In this document: piece after piece, positions 25,689 through 39,700 of the stretch
Position numbering within the stretch: position 1 is the first letter of the stretch
Layout: each line of letters starts with the position of its first letter
Assembly: GCA_964016885.1 (NCBI GenBank)
Contig: OZ024756.1
Span: forward strand, 8,742,001 to 8,806,000
DNA from: Eledone cirrhosa
Lineage: Eukaryota
Reading direction: 5' to 3'
DNA length: 64,000 bases
Made by a program: the position numbers and the translations under genes
Notes under the pieces: model-generated
Databases searched by the model: none
Seen by the model: only the letters and a program-made list of their open reading frames with translations
What the model was told of the DNA's origin: nothing

Positions 25689-28600
25689 CCTATATTACAG
25701 TGTCTCAACTGTCTTCTATACTACAGTGTCTCAACTGTCTTATATATTACAGTGTCTCCACTGTCTTCTATATTACAGTGTCTCAACTGTCTTATATATT
25801 ACAGTGGCTCAACTGTCTTCTATATTACAGTGTCTCAACTGTCTTCTATATTACAGTGGCTCAACTATCTTTTATATTACAGTGTCTCAACCGTATTCTA
25901 TATTATAGTAGTTCAACTGTCTTCTATATTACAGTGTCTCAACTGTCTTCTATACTACAGTGTCTCAGCTGTCTTCTATATTACAGTAGCTCAACTGTCT
26001 TCTATTATTACATTAGCTCCACTGTCTCGTATATTACAGTAGCTCAACTGTCTTCTATATTACAGCGTCTCAACTGTGTCTTCTATATTACAGTGTCTCA
26101 ACTGTCTTCTATATTACAGTGTCTCAACTGTCTTCTATATTACAGTGTCTCAACTGTCTTCTATATTACAGTGTCTCAACTGTCTTCTATATTACAGTGG
26201 CTCAACTGTCTTCTATATTACTGTGTCTCAACTGTCTTCTATATTACAGTGTCTCAACTGTCATCTATATTACAGTGTCTCAACTGTCTTCTATATTACA
26301 GTGTCTCAACTGTCTTCTATATTACAGTGTCTCAACTTTCTTCTATATTACAGTGTCTCAACTGTCTCCTATATTACTGTGGTTGCACTGTCTCCTATAT
26401 TACAGTGTCTCAACTGTCTTCTATACTACAGTGTCTCAACTGTCTTCTCTATTACAGTGTCTCAACTGTCTTCTATATTACTGTGGTTGCACTGTCTCCT
26501 CTATTACAGTGTCTCAACTGTCTTCTATATTACAGTGTCTGAACTGTCTTCTATACTACAGTGTCTCAACTGTCTTCTATATTACAGTGTCTGAACTGTC
26601 TTCTATACTACAGTGTCTCAGCTGTCTTCTATATTACAGTAGCTCAACTGTCTTCTATTATTACAGTAGCTCCACTGTCTCATATATTACAGTAGATCAA
26701 CTGTCTTCTATATTACAGTGTCTCAACTGTCTTCTATACAACAGTGTCTCAACTGTCTTCTATATTACAGTGTCTCAACTGTCTTCTATATTACAGTGTC
26801 TCAACTGTCTTCTATATTACAGTAGTTCAACTGTTTTCTATATTACAGTGTCTCAACTGTCTTCTATATTACAGTGTCTCAACTGTCTTCTATATTATAG
26901 TAGTTCAACTGTCTTCTATATTACAGTGTCTCCACTGTCTTCTATACTACAGTGTCTCAGCTGTCTTCTATATTACAGTAGCTCAACTGTCTTCTATTAT
27001 TACAGTAGCTCCACTGTCTCATATATTACAGTAGCTCAACTGTCTTCTATATTACAGTGTCTCAACTGTCTTCTATACAACAGTGTCTCAACTGTCTTCT
27101 ATATTACAGTGTCTCAACTGTCTTCTATATTACAGTGTCTCAACTGTCTTCTATATTACAGTAGTTCAACTGTCTTCTATATTACAGTGTCTCAACTGTC
27201 TTCTATATTACAGTGTCTCAACTGTCTTCTATATTATAGTAGTTCAACTGTCTTCTATATTACAGTGTCTCAACTGTCTTCTATACAACAGTGTCTCAAC
27301 TGTCTTCTATATTACAGTGTCTCATCTGTCTTCTATATTACAGTGTCTCAACTGTTTTCTATATTACAGTAGTTCAACTGTCTTCTATATTACAGTGTCT
27401 CAACTGTCTTCTATATTACAGTGTCTCAACTGTCTTCTATATTACAGTGTCTCAAGTGTCTTCTATATTACAGTGTCTCAACTGTATTCTATATTACAGT
27501 GTCTCAACTGTCTTCTATATCACAGTAGCTCAACTGTCTTCTATATTCCAGTAGCTCAACTGTCTTCTATATTACAGTGTATCAACTGTCTTCTATATTA
27601 CAGTAGCTCAACTGTATTCTATATTACAGTGTCTCAACTGTCTCCTATATTACAGTAGCTCAACTGTCTTCTATATTACAGTGTCTCAACTGTCTTATAT
27701 TTCACAGTGGCTCAACTGTGTTCTATATTACAGTTTCTCAACTGTCTTCTATATGACAGTGTCTCAACAGCCTTCTATATTACAGTGTCTCAACTGTCTT
27801 CTATATGACAGTGTCTCAACAGCCTTCTATATTACAGTGTCTCAACTGTCTTCTATATTCCAGTGGCTCAACTGTCTTCTATATTACAGTGTCTCAACTG
27901 TCTTCTATATTACAGTGGCTCAACTGTCTTCTATATATACAGTGTCTCAACTGTCTTATATATTACAGTGGCTCAACTGTCTTCTATATTACAGTGTCTC
28001 AACTGTCTTCCATACTACAGTGTCTCAACTGTCTTCTATACTACAGTGTCTCAACTGTCTTCTATATTACAGTGTCTCAACTGTCTTCTATATCACAGTA
28101 GCTCAACTGTCTTCTATATTACAGTGTCTCAACTGTCTTCTATATTACAGTGTCTCAACTGTCTTCTATATTACAGTGTCTCAACTGTCTTCTATATTAC
28201 AGTGTCTCAACTGTCATATACATTACAGTGGCTCAACTGTCTTCTATATATACAGTGTCTCAACTGTCTTATATATTACAGTGGCTCAACTGTCTTCTAT
28301 ATAGACAGTGTCTCAACTGTCTTCTATATTACAGTGTCTCAACTGTCTTCTATATTACAGTGTCTCAACTGTCTTCTATATTACAGTGTCTCAACTGTCT
28401 TCTATATTACAGTGTCTCAACTGTCTCCTATATTACAGTGTCTCAACTGTCTTCTATACTACAGTGTCTCAACTGTCTTATATATTACAGTGTCTCAACT
28501 GTCTTCTATATTACAGTGTCTCAACTGTCTTATATATTACAGTGGCTCAACTGTCTTCTATATTACAGTGTCTCAACTGTCTTCTATATTACAGTGGCTC

Positions 28601-31200
28601 AACTATCTTTTATATTACAGTGTCTCAACCGTATTCTATATTATAGTAGTTCAACTGTCTTCTATATTACAGTGTCTCAACTGTCTTCTATACTACAGTG
28701 TCTCAGCTGTCTTCTATATTACAGTAGCTCAACTGTCTTCTATTATTACAGTAGCTCCACTGTCTCATATATTACAGTAGCTCAACTGTCTTCTATATTA
28801 CAGCGTCTCAACTGTGTCTTCTATATTACAGTGTCTCAACTGTCTTCTATATTACAGTGTCTCAACTGTCTTCTATATTACAGTGTCTCAACTGTCTTCT
28901 ATATTACAGTGTCTCAACTGTCTTCTATATTACAGTGGCTCAACTGTCTTCTATATTACTGTGTCTCAACTGTCTTCTATATTACAGTGTCTCAACTGTC
29001 ATCTATATTACAGTGTCTCAACTGTCTTCTATATTACAGTGTCTCAACTGTCTTCTATATTACAGTGTCTCAACTGTCTTCTATATTACAGTGTCTCAAC
29101 TGTCTCCTATATTACTGTGGTTGCACTGTCTCCTATATTACAGTGTCTCAACTGTCTTCTATACTACAGTGTCTCAACTGTCTTCTCTATTACAGTGTCT
29201 CAACTGTCTTCTATATTACTGTGGTTGCACTGTCTCCTCTATTACAGTGTCTCAACTGTCTTCTATATTACAGTGTCTGAACTGTCTTCTATACTACAGT
29301 GTCTCAACTGTCTTCTATATTACAGTGTCTGAACTGTCTTCTATACTACAGCGTCTCAGCTGTCTTCTATATTACAGTAGCTCAACTGTCTTCTATTATT
29401 ACAGTAGCTCCACTGTCTCATATATTACAGTAGCTCAACTGTCTTCTATATTACAGTGTCTCAACTGTCTTCTATACAACAGTGTCTCAACTGTCTTCTA
29501 TATTACAGTGTCTCAACTGTCTTCTATATTACAGTGTCTCAACTGTCTTCTATATTACAGTAGTTCAACTGTCTTCTATATTACAGTGTCTCAACTGTCT
29601 TCTATATTACAGTGTCTCAACTGTCTTCTATATTATAGTAGTTCAACTGTCTTCTATATTATAGTAGTTCAACTGTCTTCTATATTACAGTGTCTCAACT
29701 GTCTTCTATACAACAGTGTCTCAACTGTCTTCTATATTACAGTGTCTCATCTGTCTTCTATATTACAGTGTCTCAACTGTTTTCTATATTACAGTAGTTC
29801 AACTGTCTTCTATATTACAGTGTCTCAACTGTCTTCTATATTACAGTGTCTCAACTGTCTTCTATATTACAGTGTCTCAACTGTCTTCTATATTACAGTG
29901 TCTCAACTGTATTCTATATTACAGTGTCTCAACTGTCTTCTATATCACAGTAGCTCAACTGTCTTCTATATTCCAGTAGCTCAACTGTCTTCTATATTAC
30001 AGTGTATCAACTGTCTTCTATATTACAGTAGCTCAACTGTCTTCTATATTACAGTGTCTCAACTGTCTTCTATATTACAGTAGCTCAACTGTCTTCTATA
30101 TTACAGTGTCTCAACTGTCTTATATTTCACAGTGGCTCAACTGTCTTCTATATTACAGTTTCTCAACTGTCTTCTATATGACAGTGTCTCAACAGCCTTC
30201 TATATTACAGTGTCTCAACTGTCTTCTATATTCCAGTGGCTCAACTGTCTTCTATATTACAGTGTCTCAACTGTCTTCTATATTACAGTGGCTGCACTGT
30301 CTTCTATATTACAGTGTCTCAACTGTCTTCTATATTACAGTGAGTCAACTGTCTTCTATATTGCAGTGTCTCAACTGTCTTCTATATTACAGTGTCTCAA
30401 CTGTCATATACATTACAGTGGCTCAACTGTCTTCTATATATACAGTGTCTCAACTGTCTTATATATTACAGTGGCTCAACTGTCTTCTATATTACAGTGT
30501 CTCAACTGTCTTCTATACTACAGTGTCTCAACTGTCTTCTATACTACAGTGTCTCAACTGTCTTCTATATTACAGTGTCTCAACTGTCTTCTATATCACA
30601 GTAGCTCAACTGTCTTCTATATTACAGTGTCTCAACTGTCTTCTATATTACAGTGTCTCAACTGTCTTCTATATTACAGTGTCTCAACTGTCTTCTATAT
30701 TACAGTGTCTCAACTGTCATATACATTACAGTGGCTCAACTGTCTTCTATATATACAGTGTCTCAACTGTCTTATATATTACAGTGGCTCAACTGTCTTC
30801 TATATAGACAGTGTCTCAACTGTCTTCTATATTACAGTGTCTCAACTGTCTTCTATATTACAGTGTCTCAACTGTCTTCTATATTACAGTGTCTCAACTG
30901 TCTTCTATATTACAGTGTCTCAACTGTCTCCTATATTACAGTGTCTCAACTGTCTTCTATACTACAGTGTCTCAACTGTCTTATATATTACAGTGTCTCA
31001 ACTGTCTTCTATATTACAGTGTCTCAACTGTCTTATATATTACAGTGGCTCAACTGTCTTCTATATTACAGTGTCTCAACTGTCTTCTATATTACAGTGG
31101 CTCAACTATCTTTTATATTACAGTGTCTCAACCGTATTCTATATTATAGTAGTTCAACTGTCTTCTATATTACAGTGTCTCAACTGTCTTCTATACAACA
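24400..31200. repeat. Three successive copies of a 2.4-2.9 kb higher-order block
   Basis: The marker TATTTCACAGTGGCTC followed by CAACAGCCTTC lies at ~24830, ~27697 and ~30122. ORF pairs are 24424/27291/29716, 25413/28150/30653 and 26076/28814. Confidence 0.82.
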
Positions 31201-33779
31201 GTGTCTCAACTGTCTTCTATATTACAGTGTCTCAACTGTCTTCTATATTACAGTAGCTCAACTGTCTTCTATTATTACAGTAGCTCCACTGTCTCGTATA
31301 TTACAGTAGCTCAACTGTTTTCTATATTACAGCGTCTCAACTGTCTTCTATATTACAGTGTCTCAACTGTCTTCTATATTACAGTGTCTCAACTGTCTTC
31401 TATATTACAGTGTCTCAACTGTCTTCTATATTACAGTGTCTCAACTGTCTTCAATATTACAGTGGCTCAACTGTCTTCTATATTACTGTGTCTCAACTGT
31501 CTTCTATATTACAGTGTCTCAACTGTCTTCTATATTACAGTGTTTCAACTGTCTTCTATATTACAGTGTCTCAACTGTCTTCTATATTACAGTGTCTCAA
31601 CTGTCTTCTATATTACAGTGTCTCAACTGTCTTCTATATTACAGTGGCTCAACTGTCTTCAATATTACTGTGTCTCAACTGTCTTCTATATTACAGTGTC
31701 TCAACTGTCTTCTATATTACAGTGTCTCAACTGTCTTCTATATTACAGTGTCTCAACTGTCTTCTATATTACAGTGTCTTAACTGTCTTCTATATTACAG
31801 TGTCTCAACTGTCTTCTATATTACAGTGTCTCAACTGTCTTCTATATTACAGTAGCTCAACTGTCTTCTATATTACTGTGTCTCAACTGTCTTCTATATT
31901 ACAGTGTCTCAACTGTCTTCTATATTACAGTGTCTCAACTGTCTTCTATACTACAGTGTCTCAACTGTCTTCTATATTACAGTGTCTCAACTGTCTTCTA
32001 TATTACTGTGGTTGCACTGTCTCCTATATTATAGTGTCTCAACTGTCTTCTATATTACTGTGGTTGCACTGTCTCCTATATTACAGTGTCTAAACTGTCT
32101 TCTATATATACAATGTCTCAACTGTCTTCTATATTACAATGGCTCAACTGTCTTCTATATTACAGTGTCTCAACTGTCTTCTATATTACAGTGTCTCAAC
32201 TGTCTTCTATATTACAGTGTCTCAACTGTCTTCTATATTACAGTGGCACAACTGTCTTCTATATTACTGTGTCTCAACTGTCTTCTATATTACAGTGTCT
32301 CAACTGTCTTCTATATTACAGTGGCTCAACTGTCTTCTATATTACTGTGTCTCAACTGTCTTCTATATTACAGTGTCTCAACTGTCTTCTATATTACAGT
32401 GGCTCAACTGTCTTCTATATTACTGTGTCTCAACTGTCTTCTATATTACAGTGTCTCAACTGTCTTCTATATTACAGTGGCTCAACTGTCTTCTATATTA
32501 CTGTGTCTCAACTGTCTTCTATACTACAGTGTCTCAACAGTCTTCTATATTACAGTGTCTCAACTGTCTTCTATATTACAGTGTCTCAACTGTCTTCTAT
32601 ATTACAGTGTCTCAACTGTCTTCTATATTACAGTGTCTCAACTGTCTTCTATATTACATTGTCTCAACTGTCTTCTATACTACAGTGTCTCAACAGTCTT
32701 CTATACTACAGTGTCTCAACTGTCTCCTATATTACAGTGTCTCAACAGTCTTCTATATTACAGTGTCTCAACTGTCTTCTATATTACAGTGTCTCAACTG
32801 TCTTCTATATTACAGTGTCTCAACTGTCTTCTATATTACAGTGGCTGCACTGTCTTCTATATTACAGTGTCTCAACTGTCTTATATATTACAGTGGCTAA
32901 ACTGTCTTCTATATTACAGTGTCTCAACTGTCTTCTATATTACAGTGTCTCAACTGTCTTCTATATTACAGTGGCTGCACTGTCTTCTATATTACTGTGT
33001 CTCAACTGTCTTCTATATTACATTGTCTCAGCTGTCTTCTATATTACAGTGTCTCAACTGTCTTCTATATTACAGTGTCTCAACTGTCTTCTATATTACA
33101 GTGGCTGCACTGTCTTCTATATTACTGTGTCTCAACTGTCTTCTATATTACAGTGTCTCAACTGTCTTCTATATTACAGTGGCTGCACTGTCTTCTATAT
33201 TACAGTGTCTCAGCTGTCTTCTATATTACAGTGTCTCAACTGTCTTCTATATTACAGTGTCTCAACTGTCTTCTATATTACAGTGGCTGCACTGTCTCCT
33301 ATATTACAGTGTCTCAACTGTCTTCTATATTACAGTGGCTCAACTGTCTTCTAGATTACTGTGTCTCAACTGTCTTCTATATTACAGTGTCTCAACTGTC
33401 TTCTATATTACAGTGGCTCAACTGTCTTCTATATTACAGTGTCTCAACTGTCTTCTATATTACTGTGTCTCAACTGTCTTCTATCTTACAGTGTCTCAAC
33501 TGTCTTCTATATTACAGTGGCTGCACTGTCTTCTATATTACAGTGTCTCAACTGTCTTCTATACTACAGTGTCTCAACTGTCTTCTATATTACAGTGTCT
33601 CAACTGTCTTATATATTACAGTGGCTCAACTGTCTTCTATATTACAGTGTCTCAACTGTCTTCTATATTACAGTGGCTCAACTATCTTTTATATTACAGT
33701 GTCTCAACCGTCTTCTATATTATAGTAGTTCGACTGTCTTCTATATTACAGTGTCTCAACTGTCTTCTATATTACAGTG

Positions 33780-36700
33780 TCTCAACTGTCTTCTATATTA
33801 CAGTGTCTCAACTGTCTTCTGTATTACAGTGTCTCAACTGTCTTCATTATTACAGTAGTTCAACTGTCTTCTATATTACAGTGTCTCAACTGTCTTCTAT
33901 ATTACAGTGTCTCAACTGTCTTCTATATTACAGTGTCTCAACTATCTTCTATATTACAGTGTCTCAACCGTCTTCTATATTACAGTGTCTCAACTGTCTT
34001 CTATATTACAGTGTCTCAACAGTCTTCTATATTACAGTGACTCAACACCCTTCTATATTACAGTGTCTCAACTGTCTTCTATACTACAGTGTCTCAACTG
34101 TCTTCTATATTACAGTGTCTCAACTGTCTTCTATACTACAGTGTCTCAACTGTCTTCTATATTACAGTGTCTCAACTGTCTCCTATATTACAGTGTCTCA
34201 ACTGTCTCCTATATTACAGTGTCTCAACTGTCTTCTATATTACAGTGTCTCAACTGTCTTCTATATTACAGTGTCTAAACTGTCTTCTATATTACAGTGT
34301 CTCAACTGTCTTCTATATTACAGTGGCTGCACTGTCTTCTATATTACATTGTCTGAACTGTCTTCTATATTACGGTAGCTCAACTGTCTTCTCTATTACA
34401 GTAGTTCAACTGTCTTCTATATTACAGTGTCTCAACTGTCTTCTATACTACAGTGTCTCAACTGTCTCCTATATTACAGTGTCTCAACTGTCTTCTATAT
34501 TACAGTAGCTCAACTGTCTTCTATATTACAGTGTCTGAACTGTCTTCTATACTACAGTGTCTCAACTGTCTTCTATATTACAGTGTCTCAACTGTCTTCT
34601 ATATTACTGTGGTTGCACTGTCTCCTCTATTACAGTGTCTCAACTGTCTTCTATATTACAGTGTCTGAACTGTCTTCTATATTACAGTGTCTCAACTGTC
34701 TTCTATATTACAGTGTCTGAACTGTCTTCTATACTACAGTGTCTCAGCTGTCTTCTATATTACAGTAGCTCAACTGTCTTCTATTATTACAGTAGCTCCA
34801 CTGTCTCGTATATTACAGTAGCTTAACTGTCTTCTATATTACAGCATCTCAACTGTCTTCTATATTACAGTGTCTCAACTGTCTTCTATATTATAGTGTC
34901 TCAACTGTCTTCTATATTACAGTGTCTCAACTGTCTTCTATATTACAGTGTCTCAAATGTCTTCAATATTACAGTGGCTCAACTGTCTTCTATATTACTG
35001 TGTCTCAACTGTCTTCTATATTACAGTGTCTCAACTGTCTTCTATATTACAGTGTCTCAACTGTCTTCTATATTACAGTGTCTCAACTGTCTTCTATATT
35101 ACAGTGTCTCAACTGTCTTCTATATTACTGTGGTTGCACTGTCTCCTATATTACAGTGTCTCAACTGTCTTCTATATTACAGTGTCTCAACTGTCTTCTT
35201 TATTACAGTGTCTCAACTGTCTTCTATATTACTGTGGTTGCACTGTCTCCTATATTACAGTGTCTCAACTGTCTTCTATATTACAGTGGCTCAACTGTAT
35301 TCTATATTACTGTGTCTCAACTGTCTTCTATATTACAGTGTCTCAACTGTCTTCTATATTATAGTGGCTCAACTGTCTTCTATATTACTGTGTCTCAACT
35401 GTCTTCTATATTACAGTGTCTCAACTGTCTTCTATATTACAGTGGCTCAACTGTCTTCTATAATTCTATGTCTCAACTGTCTTCTATATTACAGTGTCTC
35501 AACTGTCTTCTATATTACAGTGTCTCAACTGTCTTCTATATTACAGTGTCTCAACTGTCTTCTATTATTACAGTAGCTCCCCTGTCTCGTATATTACAGT
35601 GTCTCAACTGTCTTCTCTATTACTGTGGTTGCATTGTCTCCTATATTACAGTGTCTCAACTGTCTTCTATATTACAGTGTCTCAACTGTCTTCTATATTA
35701 CAGTGTCTAAACTGTCTTCTATATTACAGTGTCTCAACTATCTTCTATATTACAGTGGCTGCACTGTCTTCTATATTACAGTGTCTCAACTGTCTTCTAT
35801 ACTACAGTGTCTCAACAGTCTTCTATATTACAGTGTCTCAACTGTCTTCTATATTACAGTGTCTCAACTGTCTCCTATATTACAGTGTCTCAACTGTCTT
35901 CTATATTACAGTGTCTCAACTGTCTTCTATATTACAGTGTCTAAACTGTCTTCTATATTACAGTGTCTCAACTGTCTTCTATATTACAGTGGCTGCACTG
36001 TCTTCTATATTACATTGTCTGAACTGTCTTCTATATTACGGTAGCTCAACTGTCTTCTCTATTACAGTAGTTCAACTGTCTTCTATATTACAGTGTCTCA
36101 ACTGTCTTCTATACTACAGTGTCTCAACTGTCTCCTATATTACAGTGTCTCAACTGTCTTCTATATTACAGTAGCTCAACTGTCTTCTATATTACAGTGT
36201 CTCAACTGTCTTCTATACTACAGTGTCTCAACTGTCTTCTATATTACAGTGTCTCAACTGTCTTCTATATTACAGTGTCTGAACTGTCTTCTATACTACA
36301 GTGTCTCAACTGTCTTCTATATTACAGTGTCTCAACTGTCTTCTATATTACTGTGGTTGCACTGTCTCCTCTATTACAGTGTCTCAACTGTCTTCTATAT
36401 TACAGTGTCTCAACTGTCTTCTATATTACAGTGTCTCAACTGTCTTCTATATTACAGTGTCTGAACTGTCTTCTATACTACAGTGTCTCAGCTGTCTTCT
36501 ATATTACAGTAGCTCAACTGTCTTCTATTATTACAGTAGCTCCACTGTCTCGTATATTACAGTACCTTAACTGTCTTCTATATTACAGCATCTCAACTGT
36601 CTTCTATATTACAGTGTCTCAACTGTCTTCTATATTATAGTGTCTCAACTGTCTTCTATATTACAGTGTCTCAACTGTCTTCTATATTACAGTGTCTCAA

Positions 36701-39700
36701 ATGTCTTCAATATTACAGTGGCTCAACTGTCTTCTATATTACTGTGTCTCAACTGTCTTCTATATTACAGTGTCTCAACTGTCTTCTATATTACAGTGTC
36801 TCAACTGTCTTCTATATTACAGTGTCTCAACTGTCTTCTATATTACAGTGTCTCAACTGTCTTCTATATTACTGTGGTTGCACTGTCTCCTATATTACAG
36901 TGTCTCAACTGTCTTCTATATTACAGTGTCTCAACTGTCTTCTTTATTACAGTGTCTCAACTGTCTTCTATATTACTGTGGTTGCACTGTCTCCTATATT
37001 ACAGTGTCTCAACTGTCTTCTATATTACAGTGGCTCAACTGTATTCTATATTACTGTGTCTCAACTGTCTTCTATATTACAGTGTCTCAACTGTCTTCTA
37101 TATTATAGTGGCTCAACTGTCTTCTATATTACTGTGTCTCAACTGTCTTCTATATTACAGTGTCTCAACTGTCTTCTATATTACAGTGGCTCAACTGTCT
37201 TCTATAATTCTATGTCTCAACTGTCTTCTATATTACATTGTCTCAACTGTCTTCTATATTACAGTGTCTCAACTGTCTTCTATATTACAGTGTCTCAACT
37301 GTCTTCTATTATTACAGTAGCTCCCCTGTCTCGTATATTACAGTGTCTCAACTGTCTTCTATATTACTGTGGTTGCACTGTCTCCTATATTACAGTGTCT
37401 CAACTGTCTTCTATATTACAGTGTCTCAACTGTCTTCTATATTACAGTGTCTAAACTGTCTTCTATATTACAGTGTCTCAACTATCTTCTATATTACAGT
37501 GGCTGCACTGTCTTCTATATTACAGTGTCTCAACTGTCTTCTATACTACAGTGTCTCAACAGTCTTCTATATTACAGTGTCTCAACTGTCTTCTATATTA
37601 CAGTGTCTCAACTGTCTTCTATATTACAGTGTCTCAACTGTCTTCTATATTACAGTGTCTCAACTGTCTTCTATACTACAGTGTCTCAATAGTCTTCTAT
37701 ACTACAGTGTCTCAACTGTCTCCTATATTACAGTGTCTCAACAGTCTTCTATATTACAGTGTCTCAACTGTCTTCTATATTACAGTGTCTCAACTGTCTT
37801 CTATATTACAGTGTCTCAACTGTCTTCTATATTACAGTGTCTCAACTGTCTTCTATATTACAGTGGCTGCACTGTCTTCTATATTACAGTGTCTCAACTG
37901 TCTTATATCTTACAGTGGCTCAACTGTCTTCTATATTACAGTGGCTAAACTGTCTTCTATATTACAGTGTCTCAACTGTCTTCTATATTACAGTGTCTCA
38001 ACTGTCTTCTATATTACAGTGTCTCAACTGTCTTCTGTATTACAGTGTCCCAACTGTCTTCATTATTACAGTAGTTCAACTGTCTTCTATATTACAGTGT
38101 CTCAACTGTCTTCTATATTACAGTGTCTCAACTGTCTTCTATATTACAGTGTCTCAACTATCTTCTATATTACAGTGTCTCAACCGTCTTCTATATTACA
38201 GTGTCTCAACTGTCTTCTATATTACAGTGTCTCAACAGTCTTCTATATTACAGTGACTCAACAACCTTCTATATTACAGTGTCTCAACTGTCTTCTATAC
38301 TACAGTGTCTCAACTGTCTTCTATATTACAGTGTCTCAACTCTCTTCTATACTACAGTGTCTCAACTGTCTTCTATATTACAGTGTCTCAACTGTCTCCT
38401 ATATTACAGTGTCTCAACTGTCTCCTATATTACAGTGTCTCAACTGTCTTCTATATTACAGTGTCTCAACTGTCTTCTATATTACAGTGTCTAAACTGTC
38501 TTCTATATTACAGTGTCTCAACTGTCTTCTATATTACAGTGGCTGCACTGTCTTCTATATTACATTGTCTGAACTGTCTTCTATATTACGGTAGCTCAAC
38601 TGTCTTCTCTATTACAGTAGTTCAACTGTCTTCTATATTACAGTGTCTCAACTGTCTTCTATACTACAGTGTCTCAACTGTCTCCTATATTACAGTGTCT
38701 CAACTGTCTTCTATATTACAGTAGCTCAACTGTCTTCTATATTACAGTGTCTCAACTGTCTTCTATACTACAGTGTCTCAACTGTCTTCTATATTACAGT
38801 GTCACAACTGTCTTCTATATTACAGTGTCTGAACTGTCTTCTATACTACAGTGTCTCAACTGTCTTCTATATTACAGTGTCTCAACTGTCTTCTATATTA
38901 CTGTGGTTGCACTGTCTCCTCTATTACAGTGTCTCAACTATCTTCTATATTACAGTGTCTGAACTGTCTTCTATATTACAGTGTCTCAACTGTCTTCTAT
39001 ATTACAGTGTCTGAACTGTCTTCTATACTACAGTGTCTCAGCTGTCTTCTATATTACAGTAGCTCAACTGTCTTCTATTATTACAGTAGCTCCACTGTCT
39101 CGTATATTACAGTAGCTTAACTGTCTTCTATATTACAGCATCTCAACTGTCTTCTATATTACAGTGTCTCAACTGTCTTCTATATTATAGTGTCTCAACT
39201 GTCTTCTATATTACAGTGTCTCAACTGTCTTCTATATTACAGTGTCTCAAATGTCTTCAATATTACAGTGGCTCAACTGTCTTCTATATTACTGTGTCTC
39301 AACTGTCTTCTATATTACAGTGTCTCAACTGTCTTCTATATTACAGTGTCTCAACTGTCTTCTATATTACAGTGTCTCAACTGTCTTCTATATTACAGTG
39401 TCTCAACTGTCTTCTATATTACTGTGGTTGCACTGTCTCCTATATTACAGTGTCTCAACTGTCTTCTATATTACAGTGTCTCAACTGTCTTCTTTATTAC
39501 AGTGTCTCAACTGTCTTCTATATTACTGTGGTTGCACTGTCTCCTATATTACAGTGTCTCAACTGTCTTCTATATTACAGTGGCTCAACTGTATTCTATA
39601 TTACTGTGTCTCAACTGTCTTCTATATTACAGTGTCTCAACTGTCTTCTATATTATAGTGGCTCAACTGTCTTCTATATTACTGTGTCTCAACTGTCTTC

